DNA from: Lophium mytilinum
Taxonomy: Eukaryota
NCBI GenBank assembly: GCA_010093605.1
Contig: MU004197.1
Coordinates: 558,001-622,000 of the forward strand
DNA length: 64,000 bases
Direction of reading: 5' to 3'
The notes below the pieces were generated by a model, which did no database searches, was not told the origin of the DNA, and saw only the letters and a list, made by a program, of their open reading frames with translations. Shown in pieces: positions 21,020 through 34,711 of the stretch; positions within the stretch are counted from its first letter, which is position 1; every line of letters begins with the position of its first letter. The position numbers were made by a program, and so were the translations under genes.

Positions 21020-23998
21020 TCACATAACAACACACTTATCACTCTCCTGCTGCTGGCCCTGCCCCTGCCCATTCCCCCTCCCCCCCGGATACCCCCCAGA
21101 CCCCCCAACCCCACTCGTCCGCCTCCCCGGCATCCGCCCCGTCCCTTGATTATTCGCCGGAATCTGGTCCACCAGCGTCCCGCCGACCCTTGAGCTCCTC
21201 CGCCGGCCCTGCCCCTGCCCAGGCCCTCCTCCCCGCCCCGGCCCCACCTGCGCCGCATTCGCGTGGTACGCGGAGCCCTGCGCCTGCGCGCCCTGCAAGC
21301 CGACGGGCGCGAGCGGACTGGCGGGGTGGTTTGCGGGCGGGTGGTACGGCCTAGACGTCGCCGCCTCCTCGTACGTCGGCAGGTTTTCGCCTTGCTCGTT
21401 GGTCGTCGAGACGGTAGGGCGCTGGACGCCGCCGTTGCGGCGGGGCGGGATGACGGGGGGTTGTTCGCTGTTTCCCGCGCGGCCCTGCGTGTTGCGGGCG
21501 ATAGCCTGCTCCGAGAGTTCGTTTTCGCGGCGGCGGCGGGCTTCGGTGCTGCGGCGGTGGCGGTCTTCCTCTTCCTCCTGGAGTTGGAGCGCGAGCGCGA
21601 GGTCGTGGTCTTCCTGCTCGGTGCGGGAGGCGTCAGGGGGCGGGGGCAGGGATTCGCCGGGGTGGATGACGCCGGATTGTTGTGTGGCTTGGTTGGTGCT
21701 GCGGCGGCTGGGATTGCGGGATTGCACCGTGGTCCAGGCGTTTGGGGAGGAGTCGACGTCGAGCATGCTCTGGATGTTTTGCGGGTTGTTGGAGGAGCGG
21801 GATGGGGGCTCGTTGTTGCCGACGGGGCGGAAGTCGCCCGAGAAAAGCTCGCTGTTTTGGCCGTTGATGTCGACGAGGGATTCCCAGATGATTTCGTCGT
21901 GGGAAGAGTAACCCGCATCCGTTACGAGGGTCAAGAGTTTTCCCGAGCGAGGCTCTTTATAGAGGGTTGAAAAGTGATCGTTGCGGAAAAGAATCGCAAT
22001 CTCGCCGGATTTGAGGCTATTGATCATAGTCTGGAGCCCAAAGTCTGTGAGTTGAGTGGGCCAGCGGCTCAGGAACTCTTTAATGGCGTGCACATCTTCA
22101 AACATGCGTTGCTCCTCTTGGTTCAGTCCCACAGACTGTAGCTTTGCATCTAGCTCTTCTTCTTGAAATTGAACAAGCTGAGAATCATCGTGCGTTTTTG
22201 CAATGCGGTCGAACGCAGCGTACGCGCGAGACTCGCTAGGAGGGAGCCAGCCGTGGATGAGTGGGATGTTGAAGGTCCGGTACAGCCGCATCTCGCGAGT
22301 ATCATCAAACCCCCCGGGCTGGATGCGAAGAGCGGGGTGAATGGCGGAAGAAGTAGGGGGCTTGACGAAACTCGGATTGACGTTCATGCCGGTATGGAGT
22401 GTGACTAAGAACGAGTATAACTCGCTGACATCGGGTAGTTCCTGGGCAGCACCACCTCGACGGCCAGACATCAACTCATCGAATACGGCATCTAATAGCA
22501 GGCCAAGGCTGACTTGCTCTCGGCTTCTCAGGGTCTCGATCAGCGCAGTATCCGCGGTTCCTGGCGTTGAGAGCACCAGAGCATTTACCAGCGCTAGCAG
22601 TGGGCAAGGGCCATTCAGATTCTGTGTCAATATGGGAGAGTTCCGGATTCCACGCCCATCAAACCACCGAATGTGCTTGATTTGATAGTGTTCCGTCCGT
22701 TGACGTTTCGCCCTCGATTCCGGTGTTTCTACTTCTGCTCTTCCAGAGCTACCGCCAGCTTCCGCACCGCCAATCGGACGCGGGGGCTGCGGAGGAGGAT
22801 TTTCAATCTCCTGTGATCTTCGGGGCGGCAAATCGGGGGGCACGTCATCTACATCTAGCAAACTGGCAGGCTGCTGGAATTGCTGCGGCTGTTGGGAGTG
22901 CTGCGGCTGTTGATGTTGCTGGGGCTGTCGGTATTGCTGGGGCTGCTCATATTGCTGAGGTTGCTGGTATTGCTGAGTAGCAGCTAGCCTCGAGGCCTCC
23001 TCTCCTCGATGCCAATCTTCCTCAGCATTCCGCTCCTGCTCGGCCTCTACAGCCGCTTGATGTGCCACTTCCAACTCCTTCATCTTCCTTTCCCTCTCAG
23101 CCCGCCCCCAATCTTGCTGCTCTTGCCAGGTCCTTTGCGGCGATTCCTCCTGGATGGTATCCGAGGGCAGACCATACGACCTAGAGAAGGCATCGAGGGA
23201 CGAGATATCCATGCCCGGATCGTATGCACTGGATGCAGTAGAGTCGTGTCGAGGGACAGGACTCGAAGGATTCTCGGTCGCAACAGGAATCAATGGAGGC
23301 TGGTTCGAATTAGGCGACGGTGGGTATTCACCCAACGACATCTTAGAGAAGGGATCAACAGGAGTCTTTTCGGTCGGCAGCTCGACTGGCGCCCCATATT
23401 TCTCACTCGCAGAGGGAGCATCCCCCCACGCCTGGGCACTGCTCTCACCACCAAACCCAAAATTGGTCTGGCTCTGTCCTGTGTTCTGGATTTTGAGGTA
23501 CGGATTTTGAGATTTCAGTGGTGCAGATCCTGTAGAGCTGGTGCTCACCGCTCCAAGCGAAGACGGCGGCATTGCATACTCTTGCTGTTCGTGAGGCCTC
23601 CGCATAGCTCCCTCGGCGGGACCAGCGCGAAGTGTCGAGGGCAACTCATTCGACCTTTGTGTCGATTGACCGCCACCAATCTTCAGAGCTCCAGGAAGCT
23701 CTTCTGACGCGTGGTGGTTGTCGTACTCGTCGTCTGACTTGTCCCAATCCGAGCCGTCGTCAAAGTCAGAGTTGTCGTCATCTTTTCGAGCCTGTGCCTC
23801 TCCCAGCGGCTTCAACTGGAAAGCAGGAGATTCATGAAGATTTGGTGAATACACCTCGGTATGCGACTCGGAGGAGTTCGGTAGCGCAGGAGGATCGGAG
23901 GAGGTGGGAGTTGTAGGGTATGGCGGGTTGTTTGCAGCCTGGGAGAGCGGAGCCGGGACGAGCCCTGAGCTTTCGTTTACTGGTTTCCGGAGCACCAT
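21020..23998 (-). CDS. MINDY-family (DUF544) deubiquitinase with a MIU ubiquitin-binding motif
   Basis: QNLNGPCPLLA (catalytic Cys), LIHGWL, FRNDHFST (catalytic His), LVTDAGY, and EDHDLALALQLQEEE; 992-aa ORF. Confidence 0.9.
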   Translation of the reverse strand: MVLRKPVNESSGLVPAPLSQAANNPPYPTTPTSSDPPALPNSSESHTEVYSPNLHESPAFQLKPLGEAQARKDDDNSDFDDGSDWDKSDDEYDNHHASEELPGALKIGGGQSTQRSNELPSTLRAGPAEGAMRRPHEQQEYAMPPSSLGAVSTSSTGSAPLKSQNPYLKIQNTGQSQTNFGFGGESSAQAWGDAPSASEKYGAPVELPTEKTPVDPFSKMSLGEYPPSPNSNQPPLIPVATENPSSPVPRHDSTASSAYDPGMDISSLDAFSRSYGLPSDTIQEESPQRTWQEQQDWGRAERERKMKELEVAHQAAVEAEQERNAEEDWHRGEEASRLAATQQYQQPQQYEQPQQYRQPQQHQQPQHSQQPQQFQQPASLLDVDDVPPDLPPRRSQEIENPPPQPPRPIGGAEAGGSSGRAEVETPESRAKRQRTEHYQIKHIRWFDGRGIRNSPILTQNLNGPCPLLALVNALVLSTPGTADTALIETLRSREQVSLGLLLDAVFDELMSGRRGGAAQELPDVSELYSFLVTLHTGMNVNPSFVKPPTSSAIHPALRIQPGGFDDTREMRLYRTFNIPLIHGWLPPSESRAYAAFDRIAKTHDDSQLVQFQEEELDAKLQSVGLNQEEQRMFEDVHAIKEFLSRWPTQLTDFGLQTMINSLKSGEIAILFRNDHFSTLYKEPRSGKLLTLVTDAGYSSHDEIIWESLVDINGQNSELFSGDFRPVGNNEPPSRSSNNPQNIQSMLDVDSSPNAWTTVQSRNPSRRSTNQATQQSGVIHPGESLPPPPDASRTEQEDHDLALALQLQEEEEDRHRRSTEARRRRENELSEQAIARNTQGRAGNSEQPPVIPPRRNGGVQRPTVSTTNEQGENLPTYEEAATSRPYHPPANHPASPLAPVGLQGAQAQGSAYHANAAQVGPGRGGGPGQGQGRRRSSRVGGTLVDQIPANNQGTGRMPGRRTSGVGGSGGYPGGRGNGQGQGQQQESDKCVVM

Positions 23999-24550
23999 GG
24001 CCGCTGTGTGTGTATGGGTATCAATATGAAAGTAGGTATTATATTAAAGAGTGGGTAGAAGTTGAGGTGGTGAATGCGGGCGGAGGACACGCCGTGCTAG
24101 CAAGCTGTTTGCCAATCTGGGGAGGCGCAGTTCAATCGACGTCAGCGTGGTGGGGATCGCGGTGTGAATGAACGAGGTTCGGAGGCAGACTGCGGGAAGT
24201 GTTTGAGGTTGTGAGTAAGCCTTGGGGCAATATGCTTGCGCGGCCTCTTGTATAGCATAGCAGGGTGAGCATTGGAGTAGGTTAATAAGTAGGTCGGCAA
24301 TGACGACGCAGTGGCTGGTGAAGTGGCGGAGAGCACGCCCCACTCGAGGATTCTTCGACTGTCTCTGCTCAAGACGGCTGCAGTCGCGAACTCTGTGAAA
24401 CAATAGCGAAAACACACTGCGCATTCCAGCCGCGACATTCTTAGCTGTCGCATTGCCTTCACCTTTTTCAAATCTATCCTAGGCCCCCACCCCTCATGAA
24501 GCGGCCCGTATAGCTCCAAGAATCCTGCATACTTTGCACCAGGCCGCGCA

Positions 24551-26464
24551 ATGCACTCCTACATTCGGCCAAACACGTACATCGTCCTCCGCCTGCCCTC
24601 GGGGATCCTGAAGCTGCTGGAGATCATCCCAAATACGTATGTGGACTAGTTGGAGTGAGCATCCACTGACCTCCCGTTGCTGAGTGCTGCGCGAACAATC
24701 TCTGATCATGCGCGCAGGAATATATCAATAGGGAAATTTGGCACTTTCCAGGCAAATTCATTACTCGGGCGCCCATACTACCTCACATTTGAAATTCTCG
24801 ATAAAGAAGAAGGAAATTCAAACTCGGAACTGCGAGTCGTCCCTCCCGCAGAACTTCATGCAAGCTCCCTCACCACGGCCGAAGATGACACGCCAGCCGA
24901 GTCGACGGACGAGCCTGCAGAAGGTGGGGCGGAGTTTGACATCGTGGGGGATAATGGTGAAATCATAATGCAGAGTAACCGCTTGACGATAGATGACCCG
25001 TCACGGCAGACTTTGACTATGGAAGAGATCGAGGAGCTCAAAAAAGCTGGCACTGGGTCCGGCAAGGAGATAATAGCCAGGATCATGAAGTCGCATCAGG
25101 CTATAGACGAAAAAACGCCCTTCTCGCTAGCCAAATATACTCTGCGGAAGTCGAGAAAATATTTGCGCAGATTTACTGTGTTCCCAGCAGATGTCAACAT
25201 GCTCTCGGAATATGTCCTAGACAAAGAAGCTCATAGGATTATGGAGCTGCGAGAAGAGAATCTGGGTCTCATCAATAGCTGGTCTAACATCCATTGCGCC
25301 GAGTCGAATACTATAATACCCTCGTCATGCGGGAAAGGGATGATTGGGGGTGGCCGGTGGCTGGTCGTAGATGACACAGGAGGACTCCTTGTGGCGTCTT
25401 TGGCTGAGAGAATGGGTCTCCTCTACCAAGAAGAACCAGAAGACGATGACTCTGGGAAGGAGGAGAAAGACATCGAATGTAAGCCTACGGAAGAGTCCGC
25501 ATCGAATAGTATACCGCAGGGAGATGCCATGGATGTGGACGCTCCAGCAAAGTCAATCTCGGAGACAGCAAACCCAGAGCCACCAGAAATATCGAGAGAG
25601 TCGAATACAGCCACATCAGAAGCCACCCCTTCAAAACCTCGAACACCACGGGCTGTACACATACCACCTATGTCCGCCCAAACCAACACCTTAACCATCG
25701 TCCACAGCAACGCCCAACCAAACCTCGGGTACCTCAAATACTTCTCCTACGACGCCACCGCCTCAAACCCCGAACACCCTCTCCACACCCACCTCAAGAC
25801 CCTCACATGGCTCCAAATGCTCTACCCAGACGACGACCCCGGCTACAAAGAGCCCGAAACCATCTCGGACGATCTCCTCTCAACCATGAAATCAAGTAAA
25901 CGCGGCACCTACTTCCGCAAACGCAGGCGCTGGGAACGCGTCAAGCGCGTGGTGCAAGAAACCCGCGCCGGCGGCTTCGACGGCCTCGTCGTCGCGAGCG
26001 TCATGGAGCCCGCTACTGTCCTCCGAGCCTGCGTTCCTTTGCTGAAAGGCGGCGCAACTGTGACCGTCTATAGCGCGAACGTAGAACCGCTCGTCGAGCT
26101 CTGCGATTTCTATAGCAAAGAACGCCGCACGGCTTTCGTGTCGCGGCAGAACAACGACGCGGTAGAGCAGGGCCAGGATGCGAATGGCAGCACAGCTCCA
26201 CAGGGGCCTGATGAGGCGATCGATCCGGATTTTCCTGTGAACCCGACGCTTCTTCTCGCGCCTAGCTTGCAGACTGCTAGAGCGCGGCAGTATCAGGTCC
26301 TCCCAGGCCGCACGCACCCGCTCATGACGAGCAGAGGTGGGGCAGAGGGCTTCCTCTTTACGGCGACGAGAGTGTTGCCTGTCAGCGGGAAGGTAGAGGC
26401 GAGGGGGGCGTTTCGTGCCGGTAAGAAAAGGAAGGTTCAAGTAGAGCCCGAAAAAGGAGGTTGA
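24551..26464 (+). CDS. TRM6: tRNA (adenine-58-N1) methyltransferase non-catalytic subunit
   Basis: Exon 1 MHSYIRPNTYIVLRLPSG, then ISIGKFGTF, QTLTMEEIEELKK, KTPFSLAKY, YQVLPGRTHPLMTSRGGAEG (Gcd10/Trm6 motifs). Confidence 0.9.
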
Positions 26465-27200
26465 GGCGGCGAGATTGTGGCGAAGTGCTGTTTATGCAAT
26501 TTGGGGTTGGAAAATCTGCATCGAGAGGTAGCTTTCGCTTAGGGGCTACCAACGCCCGAGATGCCTCAGCTATCTATCTGAACCTTTTTGATTTTCGTTT
26601 GCTCAAAGTGCAAAGAAGCTTCAAGCATGCCAAGCTACTGCTTTTCCACACCATTCATCTGATTCTGTGTACTCTTGCTTGCCGCTGTCTGAGGTGCCCT
26701 GACCGGTCTTAAAACACTGGAAATATATCTCTTTCAGGGTTTTGAAAGTATGTTAGGGTGCTTCGGACGGCGGCAGCACACTGCCCAAGTGTACACCTTC
26801 AAGTGCCTGATTGAGGTTGACTCAATTCGTCATGTTTCTGCTGCTGTTTGATACCGTCTGAAGTACTCTGACCCGTTATGAAGCATCGAGAAACGATGTG
26901 CTATCTTACGCAGTTTAAATTAGATGGGGATTAATATCAAAGGGGATCTAGGAGAGACTTCGGGAAAGAAGGTGTAGACTTTCGTAGCACTGAAGAGTAT
27001 CGAAATGCTTTAAAAAGATGCAACTTGAGCAACAGCATGAATTCTATCAATACCCACGACTACCTCCGTAGTCCTCGCTTCGTTATGGCAACCAAGCAAG
27101 ACCGTTTACACAAGCATCACCAACCCGCTCCAACCTATCAGCACACCCTGAGTTCACTCCCTCCGAAGCTCTCATCAGAATCGCTGCGAACTCGCCAGCC

Positions 27201-28060
27201 CTACTCCTCCTTCGCCCCGCCCCTCCCCGCCTTCTCCGCCGCCTCAACACTCTTCTTATCCGTCTTGATCTCGCCCCCCTGCATCGCGCCCATAATCCCG
27301 CCCGCTGCCTTCCAGGGCCGCTTCAGGTCGCCCGTGGCGCTCTGGCCCAGCAGGTGCACCTTGACCAGGTTGCCCTCGAAGGCGCCCTTGAGCGGGATGA
27401 TGCTCTGGATCATGAGCGGGTTGGTGTACTTAAAGTAGAAGTGCATGACGGCCATCATGCCGACGCCCATCAGCTGCGCCTTGTAGAGTGCCTTCAGCTG
27501 CGACAAGTCGTAGGCGTGCACGGTCGTGTTGACGGGCTTGGGGTCTTCGCCGCTGCCCATGGGCGCGGGCTCGACGTATTTGAGCATGGTCATGTCTGAG
27601 GGGAGTTGGTGTTAGTTTGGGTTTTCTGTTTGATGGTGTGGGGGTTTTTAAAGGCCGCGCGTAAGGTAGGCGGGAATGCGACGGAGTTGGGGGTGATAAG
27701 GCGGGAGTGCCGGGGTGAGGTTGAGAGAGGGGGGACATACCTCTCTTCTTGTTTATCTGGCTCTGCACATAGAGGTATATGCCTGCAATGAGGATGTTCG
27801 AGACGACGTATAGCGCGCGCACGCCATTGAGCACGTTGGGGTCCTCAAAATTGATCTTTTTCGAGAGCTGCATAAAGCCCCTGCGGTCCGATTAGCACCA
27901 GTCTCATTCTCTGTGGATCCCGAAGTATGGTAATTGGGGCGCTCGGGGCGGGAGGCATACAAGATAATGACCAAGTTCGTCCTGCGAGTTACGTTAGTTT
28001 TGGACAACATAGAGTTGGTTTGCGCGGGCGGACTTACACCTGGGGATTGAGTGCCATCAT
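27201..28060 (-). CDS. PHO88: Pho88/Snd3 family membrane protein, multi-exon
   Basis: MALNPQV / NLVIIL / MQLSKKINFEDPNVL / YVEPAPMGSGE..TTVHAYD..MHFYFKYTNPLMIQSIIP..GDLKRPWK. Confidence 0.9.
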
Positions 28061-28263
28061 GACCGCGGTTGCCTGGGTTCTTCTGGGAAGATGGAGAGGA
28101 TGCGATTGCTTGAGTGCAGATGTGAGAGAAGAAGAGAGGCGCGGTGGTGATGAAAATGAGAGGCAGGGTTGCGGAACTCTGTAAGAGGACACATGGGGCA
28201 CCTTCCCGACCGGGTTTTGATCCGCCGTGAGCGGAGGGGCGGACTTGGCGCAGACTTCTACGC

Positions 28264-28381
28264 TGTGGGCCATTTAGGCGGGACCTCGGGTCCGCCTAAA
28301 CTGCCCATGGTTATGCCCATGGAAACTACTCCGTAGCTAGCTAGACCAATACACAATCTACCCACGAGAACAAAGGCCACA
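28264..28381 (+). repeat. 5' LTR (118 bp)
   Basis: TGTGG...CCACA termini; differs from 45465-45582 at three positions. Confidence 0.95.
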
Positions 28382-28384
28382 CTT

Positions 28385-28402
28385 TAGGGGCCCAACCGCG
28401 AT
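28385..28402 (+). promoter_or_regulatory. Primer-binding site, probably for tRNA-Pro
   Basis: TAGGGGCCCAACCGCGAT starts 3 nt after the LTR. Its reverse complement reads AT-CGCGG-TTGGGCC-C-C(T)A, i.e. T-stem, acceptor strand, C discriminator and CCA with one RIP-type change. Confidence 0.6.
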
Positions 28403-30444
28403 ACCTAGACAATTAGACGGCCTAGCACTAATAATAAACCTATATAGATAAATATAATACGGGTGGCATTAGGCTATAAAGAAAGAGATATCTTAAGGCC
28501 TTTAAGGTAGCGATTTTTTTTTATACGGTATTAAGGGTGTCCGGGTTCTAGTAAGAGTAAGAAAGGCTAGGCTATATAAATTAAAGGCTCGCACGGAAGT
28601 AATATAGATACAATAATAGAAGTATCTTACTAGAACTAATAACTAGGTCTATATTAAACTAATTCTATTATATTATTAACTATAGATCTTATTAATATAC
28701 TAAAATAGAAAGTAGTCTACGCTAGTATTATTTTAATAGAAGTAATACTAATAGTACTATAGATAGGAGTAATAGTAAGATTACTAAAGAATGCACTATC
28801 TATAGGGAAAGTAACTATAATAATATAGTAGAAGGGGTGCAAATATTTACTATATAACTCCCCCTCTCTAGCTCTTCTATACTACTTCCCTAATAATAAT
28901 AATTAACTTTTTCTCTACTATCTATAGTGTAGATAATTAACTTACTACTAAGTTCTAATAACTTAATTAAGGAAATTATTATAGTATAGTATTATATAGT
29001 ATAAGAATAAACTCTATAGTATACTCTTAATCTTCTTATATAGCTTAATAAAGTATAGTAATTAATAGCTTATATAGCTATTTCTACTATATTCTAATAA
29101 GGCGGTTACTAGAACTATATCCGGCCACCTAGCTAAGCTATAGATAGTAAGAGGTAGTACTTTTAGTACTCTTATTACTCTTAGTATGCAGATTCTAATA
29201 CCTAATAGAATAGAGGCACTAGATCTACTAACCCGTTTCTTATATAAATAGTAACTATCTACTAGGGGAAGAATTCTTTCTAAGTCCCGGTCTTTAATAG
29301 TAAAGTAGATAAAAATATTAATATATAGGTGCTTCTTATTAAAGTATACTTTAGTTAGAAGTAATATAAATTTAATAATAAGTTCTAGTAATCTTCTATC
29401 TTAGCTTTCTTATTAGTCTTCTATATAGATAGTAATACTATATAATACGCTAATTATCTTAACCTAATAGTACTACTAAATGCTAACCTAGTTAAGATAG
29501 CCCTTTATAAGAGATTTCCTTCTAAATATAGAAAGGACTTAGAAAGTAAAGCGTATAATAATCTAGTAACTCTTACTTAAGGGGATTAGGCATTAGATAA
29601 GTATATTAAAGACGCTAGAGAAATTAAGAAATTTATTTCTAATAAAATAAACTAATATTTTAATAACTCCTTTCTAAGAGGTTTAAAAAATAGAAATATT
29701 TAACTAGTAGTAGCTCTATTCTTTATAAGGGACCCTACTATAAACTATAAAGTTCTAGTAAACCTTATTACTTTAGTTACTTATATTAAAGGCATTATAC
29801 TATCTATAAATAAGAAGGCTACTAAAGTAGCTAGTCTAGATTCTATATAATAAGCTATAATAAAGTTCTTAGAAACGCAAAATAGAGCTATAGAGAAGAT
29901 ATTAGACCGCCTAGAATCTTTAACTATAGATAGTAAAAAAATATTCTTAAATAATATAAAGTAGTAGATAGAAGCGTAAATAAATTAGAATATAAATACC
30001 TATCGCCCTCTAATAACTAGAACCCTATAGAATAGCACTATAAATACTATAGTTAATAATTAGGTATTATAGCTATTAGATAACTAAGTTCTTACCTTAT
30101 ACTATATATATAGAGATATAAACTACTAGAGAAAAGGTAGTTATTAAAAGTAGGCTCTACTAGAATAGAATTAATAATACTTATAGAAAAGAGCTAGAAG
30201 TATTAGAGTAGTAAGAAGGGCGACTAATCTATATTAGTAGTAGCTAAACCTCTAAAAGAAAGGTTAAAGCTAGTAACCTTATAACTAGTAGTTATAGAAT
30301 ATATATAGACCTCTAATTCTAAATAGAAACCTATATTAGTAGTAGAGATACTAGTAGTAAAAGTACTAGCTAATAATAGCGCTATACTAGTAGTAGTAAG
30401 CTCTACTAGTAGCGGCGCACTTTATATAACCCTAGCAGTAATAA

Positions 30445-30575
30445 TTAATATACTAATAACTAAGTTACTAGCAACTAACTTACTAATAACTAACTTACTA
30501 ATAACTAACTTACTAATAGCTAACTTACTAATAGCCGACTTACTAGTAAATAACTTACTAATAATCTACTTATAG
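30445..30575 (+). repeat. 15-bp tandem repeat inside the Gypsy gag-protease region
   Basis: About seven copies of ACTAACTTACTAATA-like units. Confidence 0.75.
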
Positions 30576-33500
30576 CTAGCAGTAATAATAGTAGAAGTAA
30601 AGTAAGCTACTAATCTAGGTAGATACTTAGACGCCGGGCGATAGAAATATAATAATATCTAACCTAGTTAAAGTAGGCCTGGCGTTATTAGGGCTTCTAG
30701 CAAACCTAATAGCCGGAGTATTTAAGATAGCTGCTAAGAGGCGTAAGAATACTATAGAATAACCTATAGCTAATAGAGATACCTATAATAAGACTATAGA
30801 AGATTACACGCGTAATATATTAAAGCGCAAGAAATATCTAGTTAACCCTCTACTAGAAGCTTATATTATAGAAATAAAAGATAAAATATATATTAATGTA
30901 TTATTAATAATTAGTAATTAGGCTATCTTATTACTATTTATAAATCTTCTTAACCTATTACTATTACTTAGGGCGGAGCTTTAGGCGCGCCTAGTAATTT
31001 AGTAGAAGATGCTAGTCTTATAAGCTAATTAGTATAGAGATAATTCTATAGGTTAGCCTCTATAGAGTAGTAATTAGGGAGTATATATAGCTATAGTATT
31101 TTTACTATTAATAGTACTACTATATAGACCTATAATTCTTTAATATTACTTTATAAGGTTAAAGATTTAACCTTATAGAGTTAATGCATTATTTAAGCTA
31201 GTTAAGTTACTTATAGATAGAGGCTCTAGAGTTAACTTAATACTAGTAAAAATATAGAAATAGCTTAACTTAGCTATATAGAAGAACGTATTATTAGTTA
31301 TTACTATAGTAACTAGTATATACTAGAAACTTATAGAATTTATATACTTTTCTATTATAGTATTAGAAGTATAAAGAAATAATACTGCGTTTATTATAGA
31401 TAGAGACACTATATACTCTATCTTACTTAGCTAACTATAGCTAAAGTTAGTCTTTATAGTTAAATACTATATATAAGACTAGTATACTATCTAGAATAAT
31501 AAAATATAAGTACCTATTATATTAGAGACTATAACGCTAAAGTTACCTATATAAACGCTAAGAGTTTACTTAAATCTACTTATAGTAAGTATTAATATAA
31601 ATTTTAATAAAGATACCTTAAACGCGTTATAACTAAGTCTATAAGTAGCCTAGGAAATTATAGATTTACTACTATAGGGAAAAGCTATCCGCTATTAAGT
31701 TGCCTTAGAACTAATAGCGGGGATTATATAAGGAATAGTAATTTATTAGGCGCTGTGCATAATACTAAGTATATAGCGCTAGATACTAAATACTATATAG
31801 AGTTAGGAAATAGTTAGCCCTTAGATAATAAAGTAAGATAATAAGTAAGGTAAGTAGCGGCGAATTACGTATTAAGAGTAGAAGAAGAGATAGAGTAAGT
31901 AGAGGAAGATAAGAACTTACTATCTATAGGAGAATTACTAGAGATTCGGCCGGAAGATATATAAGTAACTAGAGGAGTAAAATATAATAGCGGGTTACTA
32001 TCTATATAATATAAGGGAGTAGAAAACTAGTTTAATTACCCTTTATACTATAATTTCTATTAGTAATACCTAAAAGAACTATAGCGTATAGATAACTAGT
32101 ATATTTAAATAGTACTATCTATAGTATTTATAGAAGTAGTTAAGTAAGCCTAGAATATTAGATTATAGAATAATAAGAAGTTACTAATATTAGAATCTTA
32201 AAACCTATATATACGGGCAATAGTATTAGATAAAATATTACTACTAGGTAATAAATAGATAGTAGTAGATGCGTATATAGTACCTAAAGCTAAGCTAAAG
32301 ATAAATAAGAAGTAACTAACTTAGAGGGAGAAGCAAGAGTTTAGAAATAAACTATTAGGCTTTTTTACTAGTAGGAGGCCTAAATAGTATTAAAGAGAGT
32401 TACTAGATAGAGCGGACTTATAGAAAGTAATTAAGTAGCTAGATAACTAGAGCATAATTAGAGACCTTACTAAGACCTAGAAGAAGAAAAAAGTAGTATA
32501 CCGCCTACTATAGATATAGTACGATGCTTTTATTATAGATATTTAGAATATAGAATTAATAGACCTTATTTAATATTAGATACTAACTTATAGGCCGCTA
32601 CTAAGAGTATCTAAGGCACTACTATATATAAAAGAGGAGATTAATTATATAGATAAAATGCTGCTAGCTCTTAAAAGGGTAGAAATCTTATATAGGGTAA
32701 ATTTACTATATTACGCAAGGTCTTAGTTTCTAAGGAAATTTAATAATAAACTTAGAATAGTATACGCTTTTATTACGCTTAATAACGCAATAATTAAGGC
32801 TAACTACCCTCTAAGAAGAATTAAGCTAATACTATAAGAAATAGTATAGAAGAAACTAACGCATTTTTTCTAAGTAGATAGGTTAAATAGATATTAGGCA
32901 GTTAGACTTTATTATAAGCACGCGTATAAGATAGGCTTTTATACTAACTAAGGCTAATTCTACTATATAAGAATAGCGCAGGGCTTAATAGAAGCTATAG
33001 AAATATATATAAGACTTAAGAATTTAGTTATAGGCCTAATTCTAGACCTAGCGCTAGAGCTAGCACTTTTTAAAGCTATACTATAGGTTTTCTTTAGCTA
33101 CTTTATAGATAATAACTAGGGCGGAGCGCCTAGCTTTATAGACTTATTTAATTTCTTACATTACTATTACTTTCTAAGAATAATTTAGGCAAAGATATTA
33201 CTTAACCTAGTAAAGTTAAGATTCTTTTATAGTAAAGTTAAAGTCTTAGGGTATAATATTACTATATAGGGTATTAGGCTAGTAGAGAATAAGTTAAAGG
33301 CGTTTTAAGACTAGCTAACTTCTAATAGTCTAGAAGCGCTTATAAACTTTATTAATACTATTAGGTTTCTTAAGGCTTTTATTCCCGGGAGAGCAGACTT
33401 AGTAGTAAAGCTAAAAGACTTAATTTAGAAAGAGGTATTTAAGAAAGTTATTAAGAAATAGAATATTACTAAGAAGAGAATTATAGGGTTTAACTTTATA

Positions 33501-34711
33501 GTAGAATATTATAAAGTCTTTTAGTATATTAAGAATTAGATCTATACTAATATTAATACAGGCCTAGATATAGACTATTAGTTTTATCTAGCTTATAACG
33601 CATCTAATATAGGTACGGAAGAATTTCTCTTTTAATTAAAAAGTTAGCTATTAGAAATAATCGCCGTTATAGATAGTATAGAGGAGATATTACCTATCTT
33701 ATTCTACTTATATATATTTATACTAACTAAAAGAAAATACTCTACTATAGAAAGAGAAGCCCTAGCGGCACTAAAGTATCTCTAGAAATATATATTAATT
33801 ATCTAAGAAAGCCCTTATAAAATAATGCTATATACTAATTATAAGGCCTTAGTATTAATTCTTAGAAATAAAGATATAAATAGCAGGCTAGTATAGTAGT
33901 AAGTAAAGTTTATAGAATTTAACTTTTATATTAACTATATCCCGGAATAAAATCTTATAGTTATAGATGGCCTTTTAAGATTAAAGTTAGCGCCTAGCTA
34001 TTAGCTTAGTAATAGACTAAGAGATTTTACCTTACTAGTACTTATAGTTATTATAGCACTAGTAGATTCTATTATAGATAGTAATGCTAGCGTATAAATA
34101 CTAGATATAGTAACTAAAGATCTTTATAGGTTAAGTAAAGAGTAGTATAAGATATAGAAGAAGTAGCTAGTAGAAGAATAGTATTAAGATATTATAGTCT
34201 ATAAGATAACTAAACGGGTTTCTAAAGGCAGTGCCCTAGTAATATTATACTATAAGGTTACTAAGAGATTAGCAGCTTAAATTATCTTATTATTAAAGCT
34301 GCTATAACTTTACTATAAGAAGCGTAATAGGCTAATAATAATATACCTTTTTAAGTTCTAGGTATAAGAAGCTATTAGAGCATACTATAATCTAGTAGAG
34401 TATTTTACTAAAGATATTACTATATAAAAGATTAGGTAATAATTCTTCTAGCCTATAAGGTATAAGGACGTTTATAAGTTTTATTAGAAGTATTTATTCT
34501 ACTAGTTTCTTAGACCTCTTAAGCTATTATAATAAGTCTTACTAGTTATCTACATTTAGCCGCTAGACCTTCTAGCTATTAATTATATTAGCCTATTTTC
34601 CCTCTTAGGTTCTAATAGCGAGTAGTATATTATTATAGCTATAGACTACTTTAGTAGATAGTTATAGATAATAGTAGTACTAAATATAACCTTACTTATA
34701 ACGCTTAAGTT

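Noticed and set aside
20953..21970. Long overlapping ORFs (321, 235 and 170 aa)
   Set aside because: They are shadow frames of the GC-rich 3' end of the MINDY gene.
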